A stretch of DNA of 64,000 nucleotides from Octopus bimaculoides (Eukaryota), in contig NC_068999.1 in NCBI RefSeq assembly GCF_001194135.2, forward strand, positions 54,934,960 to 54,998,959, in the 5' to 3' direction. The notes beneath the pieces are model-generated. The model had not been told where the DNA came from and did not search any database. It saw only the letters and a program-made list of their open reading frames with translations. Positions within the stretch are counted from its first letter, which is position 1. Each line of letters opens with the position of its first letter. Made by a program: the position numbers and the translations under genes. Of this stretch, positions 31,681 to 43,700 are shown piece after piece.

Positions 31681-34600
31681 AGCTGGTACATTTAGAGTCA
31701 GCACATTGCAACAGACAAAATACCAGAGTGCTAACGATCCTGCCAACTTGCTGCTTTAAATAATAATATTCTTAGTGGTTTCAAATTTTGCCACAAGGGC
31801 AGCAATTACATCGACCCCAGTGTTTAACTGGTACTTATTTTATCGACCCCTAACGGATCAAAGGCAAAGTCAACCGTGGCAGAATTTGAACTCAGAATGT
31901 AGCGATGGGTGAAATACCACTCAGCATTTCGTCCAGCGTGCTAACAGTTCTGCCAGTTCGCCACTTAGATGAAAGGCAAAGTCAGCCTCAGTGGAATTTA
32001 AACTCAGAACTTATGAAGATGATAATAATAATAAACAAACACACAATTATGATGGAGATATTTATAAATCAGAGCAAAGTTGCAGAGAAACAAATAGTCC
32101 TGGCAATTGTGTGCGAATTGAACCTGTTAACGTGTGAGTGGGGCATGAAAAAAGTAAATGTAAATAAAACATTTTGATCAGAGCAATGTGTGTATACATA
32201 TATATACACCCACCCACATACAACCATATATTTATATACATACATATCATTCATGCACACAAACATGTATACATATACGAGCATACATACATCATCTTCA
32301 TAGATTTTATGTCCAATTTCCAAAAGCTGCATGGGTTAGATGGTATTTTCTGAGGCAGATATATTATATCATAGCCAGATGCCCTGTTAACCATTACCTG
32401 TTTCCAAATAGGCTAATATTTCTCCATGGCTGGACATGTTATCATAGAAAATTGGATGATGGTGCTCATTCACCACCATTACACTATGCCAAATGTAAAC
32501 GAACACACACATATATGTGGGCTTCGTTCAGTCTCTACCCAATCTATTTGCAAGGATTTAGTCAGATTGGGGCTATAAGAGAAGACATTTGCCCCAAGTG
32601 TCCTACAATGAGAATGAATCCAAAACATCTTGAAAACAAACTTCTTACAACACAACTGTGCCATCACCTACATATACAGAGTCTGCCAAAAGAATGTATA
32701 CGCACTTTAGGAAAGGAAAAAAAATCTGTATAAATATTTTTTATTCAGTGTTATCACGATTTGATAAAACATTAAAAGAGGTGTCTATATTTATAAGTCT
32801 TCTTTTTCTGAAGTGTATATGCATTTTTTGGGGTGGACTCTGTGTGTGTGTGTGCGCATCTAGACATAAAATTGTTTTTTATGGCACTGTAGAGCTATCT
32901 ACTAAGAGCTTTTGGCTGACCAAAAGCATAGTGTGAGTGGATTTGGTAGCTGAAATCTGATAGAAGCCCAATTGTGTGTCTGTCTACACTCTCCAAAATT
33001 CACTCAGCTACAAGTGGTGATGTTGCTGTTGTTTCTCTTGTAAACAAGACGTCTACAGATCTTGCACTTTTGAATAGGAAAACGTAAGAGTTAGTGACAA
33101 GGGCATCCGGCTATAAAACAATGCCTCAACAATATATCTGTGTAACCCATAAAAGCATGGAAAACCAGATGTATGTGTACGTATACATACATATATAAAC
33201 ACACACACAATTATATATACATACATCTCACATGTACATGCATACACACACTTATACCAGTGTTCAATATATCAATTTAGAATTAAAAAATACTGATATA
33301 TTGAAAGACTGGTATAACTGTCATATAGATATATTTAATTATAGTGGAGTCCTTGAAGGATCAAATAATGATTTCTTTATATAGAAAACAAAACTACATA
33401 TAATTTTTTCTTTGGGCGGGAGGAGAGGTAAGGAAATAAACTCCTCAATATATAGCTGATATTTTATTTTATTGACCCTGGAAGAATGAAAGGCAAAATT
33501 GAGATCAAAGGGATTTGAAACTCAGAATGTAATGGAACTTCGTTAAATACCATGTCGTTTTGTTCGACGCTCTAATTCTGCATATCCAACAAAGGAGAAA
33601 TAATAATATAAAAGAAAGCAAAACTTCAGAGTAAAAAAATAAAAACAACCCACAATTGCCAATTTTCTAAATATATATATATATACACTCCTGTATTAAA
33701 TTCTATTTTTCTTGTTTGATCTATATGTTTAACCTATATGTGTACAGGCACAAAAGCCCTATATTTTAGGTGTCAGAGTGGCTGTGGTGAGAACTATGAC
33801 GTTCATGCCTACACCTAACAAAAATATTTATCAGTGCCTGCAGAAAGTGAAATTGCTCCGACTGAGCAGTCATTACCAAAGTTATAACAGTGGTTTCTTA
33901 TAGTGTTGCTGTACCTAGCAGTGTGAAACACCTGGCCTCCTGCCAGACAATATAACTGTCTTTGCTACCCCTGCTTAGCCAGGGTCAAGTAGTTTATCAG
34001 CTGCTAATAAGAGAAGCTGATGCAGAAAGGTTACATTTAAGTAACAACAGTCTTTTAAACATGAGGATTATTTTAAATATTGTCTCTTCCTGTCTTCCAA
34101 ATCTATTTTAAGGATTACTACACAACTCACAATAATATCAATTTCTAAGATGCAAGGCCATATAAAATGCAGGCAGAGCCAGTTCATTAAATCAACCTCA
34201 GGTCTTCCACTGTTACTTTATTTTATTGACCCTGAAAGAACGAAAGTTAAACTCAACCATAGCAGGATTTGAACTTAGAACATAAAGAGCCAAAACTAAA
34301 CACCACAGAGCATAATTTCTACTATAGGCACAAGGCCTAGAATTTGTGGGGAGGGGTATATGTCGATTACATCGACCCCAATACTTGACCGGTACTTATT
34401 TTATCGACTCTGGCAGAATTTGAACTCAGAACGTAAAGATGGGCAAAATGTCGCTAAACATTTTGCCCAGCATGTTAACGATTCTGCCAGCTCATCGCCT
34501 CTGCTCTCCTAATAATTTCCACCATAGGCACATAATTGGGGNNNNNNNNNNNNNNNNNNNNNNNNNNNNNNNNNNNNNNNNNNNNNNNNNNNNNNNNNNN

Positions 34601-37237
34601 GGGGGGGGGGGGGAAGCAACTAAATAAAACCAACCTTAGTATTTGACTGCTACTTTATTTCACACTCCCACCCCACAATGAAAGGCAATGTTGGCACAGG
34701 CAGGATTTGAACAGAATTGAGTGGTATTTGGGATGCTACAGATTCTGTCAACCATTATTCTAATAATAATGTTTCTTATTTAGACACAAGGCCAGTAATT
34801 TTGAAAGGAGGAGGCTTAGTCAATTACAGTTATCCTAGTACTTGACTGGTTACCTTATTTCATTGATCCTGAAAGAATAAAAGGCAATGTTGACTTTGGA
34901 GGGATTTAAACTTAGAACATGAAGAGCCAGAATAAATACAAGGCATTTTTCTACACTACTGATTCTGCCAATAATAAGGTTTCTAATATATAGGCACAAG
35001 TCCAGGTATTTGGGAAGGGATTAGTCAATTACATCAACCCCAGTACTTGACTGGTACTTTATTTTATAGACCCTGGAAGGATGAAAGGCAAAGTCGACCT
35101 CAGCAGGATTTGGATTCTGAATGTAAAAGTGCGGACAAATACTACAAAGCAATTTTTCCCACTCTATTGATTCAGCCCATCCACTGCCATTAATAATAAT
35201 AATAATAATGATGTAGCATTAGTCCTTAATTTGTAGTGAGACAGGTGTATATAACTGAATCTATCTCAAACCTAACAACCACCACAACTTTACAGACTCC
35301 ATGATGCTAACATTTGTAGGGGCTGAAAGGAAACTTGAATGGATCGACTCAGAATACAGATAAAACTAAATTAAGGCATTCGTAATAATAATTTCTTGCA
35401 AAGATTTGAGGCCTCAGATTCATGGAGGAGGCTGTGAAATTCACATCTCTTCTGTGAGTAGTTTCTGTTAGTAAATAAGATGGTCACAAATGCAGGAAAA
35501 ATGACTACAATTCAGCAAAATAATTTCAAGTACATTACTTGAACTTAATGACCCTTGTTGGATTTGAAGTCAGACCGTGACTGCCACTAAGTGTATTGTT
35601 TGGTGAACTACGGTCAGTTATTTGAAGTAGTCAAGGGAAGATGCATGGCTTCCAGTTGAAAACTAGGTCATGCCAGGACTGTTAACATCTGAAATATAAC
35701 CTAGCCAACAGCTGTGGTTTGCTATTTGAAACTTTTCTCTCACATGTACACCAAGTAAATGGGTTTCATTAACAAAGTTCAGTGTGGTAACACAATTAAT
35801 ACTCATTTGTACACGCTTACTCCTAAGGAAAATTCTGATATGAACTGACACATGCTAGTTGTGTTATTTTTAAGAAAAAAAACTGGTTATAGTCTTAGCC
35901 AGCACAACAAACAGGAACACTTGTGGAATACATTAAAAATAAGAAATGGCAGAATTTGAAGATCAGAAAATACTGGTTTAATAATTATCTCTTAAAATCT
36001 ATACAGCTCAAAATATTGTCTTTTAGAGAATATATACAGAACTAGTGCCAATGTTAAAATATTGCCTTTTAGAAGGAAAAAAAAAACTGCTTAGTGTCAA
36101 TGTTAAAATAATCTGGCTTTTAAAGAATAAATACACACACCTTAACACCAATGTTAAAATGCTCTGTATTCTAAAGAGTCTATATACATCTAGGTGTTGA
36201 ACTTAAAAAAAAACAAAACAAATGACCCAGATGGTTGGTTGATCAAATCAATTTTTGGAGTGTACTGTATGCCCCCCACCCACNNNNNNNNNNNNNNNNN
36301 NNNNNNNNNNNNNNNNNNNNNNNNNNNNNNNNNNNNNNNNNNNNNNNNNNNNNNNNNNNNNNNNNNNNNNNNNNNNNNNNNNNNNNNNNNNNNNNNNNNN
36401 AAAGGGAACAGCAGATTTAGTTAAAAAGATAAATAAAGCAGTGACTTAAGGCAGCACACAGTAAACTGAACTAACCACTATTAATATTGAATTGTTGTAC
36501 TGGTGCATCAGTAAATGTTGCCAATACAATAGCTACTTCTACTGAACCAGTATAACTGTTGCCTAATGTGATAAGTTAATGCGGCTGCTGTATCAGTGCA
36601 GTTAATAATTGTTGCCAATATAACAGTTACAATTGGCTGCTGCACTTGTGCAACAAATTGCATGTGAAAGCAGTTCTAACCTTGGCTGAAAGAGAAAGCT
36701 GCTTTGAGGCTGAGACACTGCAAATCAGCTTTCATTCAGCTATGTGTTCTTCTGCTTCCACAAACTAATATAGAGCAAGCAGGGAGAGAAGGGTTGACAG
36801 GAGCAGGACATGTGAAATGAGCAGCAAACAGCTCAAATGATTTAAATTAATTAAAATCCAAGGTAGTTCTCTTAAGATTTATCTCCACTTGAAAATGTCC
36901 AAGAAAAAAAATATAAACTCTTATAATGGAAGCTAAATAGTTTTGTATCTTTTTTTTTTTTTTTTTATCTCCAAACGATTGAAATGTCTTTTAAGCTAAA
37001 TTAACAGTCTCTTCATTATAAAGTGACCACATAAAAACAAGGTTTTCTGGCCAAAATGTATTCTTGTGCAAATACATTTACAATTTGTTATGTGTTTAGC
37101 CAGCCACTCACTCACTCATTTATCTCTTGCACTCACTCACTTCTCACCAATAAGTTGGACACTGTTTTACTTTACAACAGGCTGGACAATACTGGAATAG
37201 ATCACCTTCTCCACCTCTTTCCCAACCACTTTTCACA

Positions 37238-37373
37238 TTTATTAGATTTATAATCTAGGTTAGCTTGAGATCCAATAATTGCTGTGATTCATCATCCTTT
37301 AATCTGCCAGCAATACAAACAAACTGTAAAATCAGCTTCATATCTCTCAAAGCTGCTGGTTGATAGTTTTATT
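37238..37373 (-). terminator. Candidate proximal CAB39 polyadenylation signals (AATAAA on - strand at 37373-37368 and 37243-37238)
   Basis: tttatt on + strand 150-290 nt past the stop; the true 3' end may lie further downstream. Confidence 0.35.
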
Positions 37374-37528
37374 TGGGGGTTGGTTGGATTTTGGGGTGTT
37401 TTTTTTAGGTGCTTTTGTTATATTTAATGCTTATTTTTTTTTTTGTTTTGTTTTGGTTTTTTTGTCCTGCATGTCATCATCTCCAGCCTTCAAGCCACCT
37501 CCTGCAAGCAGTGTGTCCTTGCTTACTG

Positions 37529-37711
37529 TTAAGATGCTTCTACAGCTTTCAGTTCTTTAATTTGCTTTATCAAATAAGCCTTCTCGTCGTTGAACTGTTC
37601 ATCTTCAGAACGGTCTGTGTGAAACTTGGTGAGGAAATCAACGAGCTTCTCCTTATTCCTGAGTAAAATGTCAAGAATGGCTTTTGGCTTGTTGGGGTTA
37701 GCAACAAATAC
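37529..37711 (-). CDS. CAB39: CAB39 terminal coding exon ([10 protein letters not shown]...[10 protein letters not shown])
   Basis: ctcacag acceptor; TAA stop at 37531-37529. Confidence 0.97.
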   Translation of the reverse strand, partial: VFVANPNKPKAILDILLRNKEKLVDFLTKFHTDRSEDEQFNDEKAYLIKQIKELKAVEAS

Positions 37712-40700
37712 CTGTGAGAGATAGCAACATACAATTATGGATGTAGACAAGAAAAAGTACTGATAAAAATAATTCATAAACTAATATAGCAAGATAAACA
37801 TTATTTCATCTTTTTGATACCAAACCACTTGAGATAACCCCAGGCTCTTATGATACAAATTTCCCGTTTCAAAGGATCTAAATTGGTGGTTCTCAACTGG
37901 GATCAATATAAGATTTTTGGGGGTCCATGCAAGCAAAATAGTAAATTGAGGATGCATAGTAATATATTATGGGTCCGTGAAAAGATTTTGCTTTAGATGT
38001 ATTTATTGCAATAAACAGCTGGGTTTCTTTCTCAAATGTTTTACTCAGTTCAACCTACACAAGTTGTGTTGGAGAAGAAAAAAAAAGTATCCATAAGGTT
38101 GAGAACCACTGATCTTAATAAACTGGCACTCCATCGATTATGGCAACGAGCATTGCAGTTGATCCAATCAACAGAACAGCCTGCTCACGAAAACGATGTA
38201 CAGGTGGCTGAGCAATCCAGACATGCATAACCTTGAGGTAGTTCTCGGGGAGACTCAGCATGACACAGATTCAATATTACAGGTACTACTCATTTTTGCT
38301 AGCTGAGTGGACTGCAGATATGTGAAATAATGTGTCTTGTTCAAGGACAAAATGTGTCGCTGATTTTCCAACTCACAACCTTATACAATCATAAAGTGAG
38401 TACTCTAACCATTAAGCCATGCACTTTCTTAATAAAACCTTCCATCAAAATGTTATGTTAATTTATGTTTGAAATACCAACTTAACAATTACAAAGTTAT
38501 TTCACTAAATTCTTCATTATTTTCAAAATTAATAGAAACTAGCTGGTGCATTTCAAGAGAAATAAGGTTAAAAAAAAAGGATTAAATTAAAACTCAACTG
38601 AAGCACATTATTTGTAGACATAACTTGTTACATGGGTGGAAGGGGGAAGAGACTGGTTCATGTCAAGAAGCTTCCATTATTCAAAAGAGAGTTGAGTAGA
38701 CAAATTTTTAAGGATAACCAAGCACGATCAGTAAGTCTTAAATGACTTATTTTATGGTGGCCTCCCAAACAGGATCAACAACAGGTAACATTTAGTCAAT
38801 AAGTGTTTGAGTAAAGAGAGAAACTTACTTTGAAAACATGGAAAGCTTCAAACTGTATATTACGGCTTTTCTCTCGCAGCATATTCATCATAAGTTTCAG
38901 ATTGTCAGGGTTTGTGATGTAGCGAGTCATTATGGTAAAATTGTGTCGGTCCAACAGCAATTCACCCAGCAACTAGAAACATCAAAGAGACTTTTTAGTC
39001 AGAACACAACACTACCTAACACACTAACGATGGACTTTCATACTCAAGGTATTGGTCAATTTGAGGCAATAGTAGTAGACACATAAAATGCCACAGTGGA
39101 ATTGAAGTCAGAACCAAGTGGTAGCAAAGCAATAATTAAATAATCCTTTTCATACCAACACAAAATAATTAATCCTTTTGATATCAACCCACCCACAACT
39201 GTCTTGCTTTTAGGATACAAATTTTCTATATAAAGTAATCTAAATTACAATTTCCCATTAAAATTCCAAATTAATTTATGTTCCATTTACCAGATAATTT
39301 AGCAAATTTTTTATTTTCAAAATTAATTGCAATAAAGAGGGAGTAGTTCATTCAACAAAAGGGCTAAGATGCACAATGTGAAGTTGGTTAGAAATTATCT
39401 GAGAACATGGATGTAAAACACTCTGAAAGCAGATGTAAAAGGTTTTTAATCCACTGAAGGCATTTGTTGGAAAGCGAAATCTGCTATGTTCAACATCTTG
39501 ATAATTTCAAAGTCCTTCCTTCTTGTTTAGGCCCAGGTCAGCCTTGATCCAGCAGACCTCTCATCAAAAATATTTGAACCATGACCATCTTATTTATTTG
39601 TTCATTTTTTGGCTTTCAAACATAATGCGTCTCAAACTATATTGTTCAATGTATCCTTTACATTTTATTATTAAAGAAAAAGGCACATTATGATTTGAAG
39701 GAAATACTGACTGCTATTTCTAACAGGTCAGCTGGCCATGTAGAGGCTCCCAGTACAAGCAGATACACAGCTTTCCTTGCTAGACCATATTACCACATGG
39801 TACATACTGACAGCTAGATGGAATGAGTCATATGAAAGCCAAATGTTTTGACTAAAACCACAGAAATGCCATTGTAATGTGCACCACTGACTGTGCAGTT
39901 CATAGGGTTCTTAGTTGGCTCAGTCAGTTACTGTCTGATCCAAATATTTGTTCTCTGACACTATCTAGCAATAAAATTACTTACTTTCAATGCCTGCCTT
40001 CTTGTAACATAGTTCTCAGAATTTAGGAGCCTTTGGTAAGTTTCAAAGACTTTATCATAATTATTTTCCAAAAACTCAGCACTAAGCATCTTATGTTTCG
40101 TTAACAATTCCTGAAAGGAGAAAAAAATTAAAAAAATCAAGATCATTAGGATTACTTTAAAATCATTTTGTAATGAAGTCGTAAATTTTGGATTCTCTTC
40201 AGTAACAAATTTCATCAAGAAACCTCAACTATTGTAGAGAAAAATGATAATTTATCATTAGTTAATCTTGGTTTGAAGATAAATTATATTTAACCCTTTA
40301 GTGTTCAGATTACTCTGTTAAATGTAATATTTTTTCACTCAAATTGTTTTGAATTAATCATGCATTATCTCATAGCTTTGAGGTTTCAATGATGTGATTG
40401 GTTATTTTTAGAATGACAATGTAGGTTAGGTGTGAGAGGCTAGATATCACCAGTTTGAATATATTGGGCTGGATATGGCCGGTTTAAACACTAAAAGGTT
40501 AAGCCAAATAGACAAATATTCCAGCTTTGACTATATCATATCTGAAAAGAACACACTGTTTAAATGTGTGGGGAATTGTAAATAAGATCATATATTTCTA
40601 GACGGACATTTAAAAAAAAAATCTCTAATACATTTAGATCAACAATATATACATAGTACTAGATTAGATTGAAAGTAGGAACATTTATATATTGTTTCTT

Positions 40701-43700
40701 TGTTTTAAATTTATTCAGAAGTCTGTCAACTATGACAATTTCATTTCTTGGTAGTTTGTAATTTCTTTTCTCATACCATATATTTCAGCCATTAAGGGCT
40801 TCTCTCAATAAAACTTTCCACATCAATATTTTATCTTACTGAACTCATGTACAGTTAGAAATGTGAAGATCAATTATATAGAAATGAATCAGAATTGATA
40901 TAATCTGTTTCTTAATATTTCTCACAGAAACTAGATTGATGGTAACTTGCTGCATTAAACAGATTAACTAGAGAAAACATGGGAAATACCTTGAAAGTAG
41001 AGAAGGCATCTGAAGCAATATCAAATGTGGACATTTCAACATAGTGGAAAAATTTATAGAATTCATCTGAATAAAGCATTATCTTGGCAAGAGGTTCATA
41101 GCGGCAGCATTCTCTCAGCATCATACCACAGTTCAGAGCAATTTCTTGCTGGTCATAGCTGCCAATAAGAGTTAGATTAACAGTTGTATAAACAATATTG
41201 AAATAAACATTTCTTTCATGAGACATGACACTTAGGGTTTACACAGTCAGAAGAAATAAAAGAGAACTGAAGTATCTAATCCCTTTTCAAACTTATTAAA
41301 AATGTAATTGAAGAAGTCATTTAATCATAAATTAGCACTAATCCAGCAGTCCTATGACAAAAGATGTTTCAGCTGTAGCTGACTGGTCTTTTATTTAGAT
41401 AGTGTGTCTACAACTATATTAGGTGGAATTCTGGTTTAAGCATGCCATGTAACTTTTTTCTTTTATTGGAATTTTCAGAAAATTTGTGAATTTGTTCTAC
41501 ACAGGAATTCATATGATTATACAAGAAGCATATAAAACATTTTTTGGTGCATGATTTAAGGGCTGTTACTGTTAGCACATATGACCACCTCATACCCTCC
41601 TTTGTTTGTCAGCCCAAAGTTCAGACTACCCATACTTTAAAATGTAATTTGTTTAAAAAAATTCAAAACATTAAAACAAAGTTTTCTTAAATTTCAAAAA
41701 ATTTAAAAAAAGCTTTTTTTTAATACTTGTGTGAATTCCTGTGTGTAGAATACAAATTTGCAAAAATTTTCTGGAAATTCCAAAAAACAAAAATAAAACA
41801 AGGAACGGTTATATGGTGTGCTTAAACCAGAATTCTGCTCCATATTATTCGAAGCGCCTTGCTTTTCAGATAGATTTGAATGCTATATCCAGCAAGCTGA
41901 ACGACCCTATGCCACTCGTCTTGATTTTAATAAAATGAAATGGTTAATCATGCTTTCACTTAGAGAGGGCCAGGTTCCTTTAGTCTGACTTCCTGTTATT
42001 TTTAGACGTATTTCATTAACCAACATAAAAATTAAACAAAGGAGCTGTGACCTGCTAGAAATAGCAGCCAAATCTTCAAATTGCCTCCTACCATCTTTAA
42101 AAGGAAGGTTAGATTGGACAATATATTTCTAGATATTCTTGAAACGACAGGAGGGTCACAGCTGGAATGCCTCTGATTATCATAGGCCTGCTGGATCAGA
42201 GTTGACTTGGGGCTGAACAACAACAATGATGAAATGTAAGCTGATGATAGCAAGGATTTCAACTGGAAATTCTTGAGACATTAAGCTAAATATTGGACCC
42301 ATTTATCCTCACTGCAATGGCTATGTTTTAAGGACATCACTGGCAATAGCACTTTCAAGTTATCAGTTTACAATCTGGAGCATTAAGCAAGAGGCATGTG
42401 CTGTGGCCTATCATACCTCTTTTGCTTATCAAATTATCTCATAACTTAACTCAAGACTTTAGCAACACACATTAAGCTGTTTGTCAAACTGTGACAGCAA
42501 ATACTTTTTACTGAACCTAACCCTAGCCCACTGACTCCCCCAACACATCAGTCTATCGTTCATGCTCATTGTCAGGTTACTAATCTTGTATGAATAAGAA
42601 CCCAGTACACTCTGTGGAGTGGTTGGCATTCGGAAGGGCATCCAGCCATAGAAACCATGCCAGAACACAGACAATGGAGCCAGGTGCAGCCCCTGGTCTT
42701 ACCAGATCCAGTCAAACTGTCCAACCTATGCCAGCATGGAAAACTAATATGTTATTGGTTACTGACTGATGACAAAGTAGGATTTCAAGAGATACAATTT
42801 CGGTACAATTACCATATTCCTAATGAAATACATTGTTGTTTCAATTAATTTTTAAAAGAATGAAGAATTTAGTAAAATAACTTGGTCATTATTAAGCCGA
42901 TGTTAGGAACAGAATGTAACATAAGATACATGAAAGGTTTTAGTTTAGAACACATTAAAACAAGAATTAGGAGCAGTCTCAAGCAGGTTGGTATCAAAAT
43001 GGAACACTATTTGCATCACAATTTAGAAACAAGTTGACAAATTATGGTGATTTTACTTGAAGCTTTTTATGTTTACTGTTGTAGATTTTATCAATTGTGG
43101 ACAGATAAAAATGCAAAGCTGATTCCAACAAAATTTACACCAGAACAATATGACAAGAAAACAGAGTGAGTTTGCTTTGCTTTTGTGCTCATCATCATCG
43201 TTTTACATCTATTTATATTTCCCCATGCTGGTCTGAGTTGAATCAGATTTATTTAGATAATCATATTCTATGGTTTATGGTCAGACGGCATTTCAGTTGT
43301 CAAGCCTTACCTGTTTTCAAGTAAAGTACTTGTAGTTCACTGGCCTTCATACACTGAAACCACCAAGCTATAAGACATCAGGTTTACAGGAGATGCAAAC
43401 CTGGCATCACTGCAACCCAAATGGTATTCAGTGAAGACATGTAGAAATGAAAATTTCTCCATGTACAAACACGAAGGTCCTTCATACAGTTTCTGCCAAC
43501 CATTTTCAGTCATGATGCATTGGTTGTCCAAGGGTTATAGTACAGGACACTTGCCCCAAAGTGCCATGCAGTGAGATGGAACCCAAAACCATTATCATAG
43601 AGTTAGATACTTTTCACAAAATGATAATACTAACATAAATTTGTTGGTGAAGAGTTTGTCAATCTCAGTACATGACTGGTGCTTATTGTTCCAGGAGAGG

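Noticed and set aside
37520-37531. Stop-codon readthrough of CAB39
   Set aside because: TAA is followed by CAG and a second in-frame TAA, so any extension is a single residue.
40981-40989. U12-type intron at the GTATTT donor
   Set aside because: The U12 consensus needs GTATCCTT; this reads GTATTTCCC.
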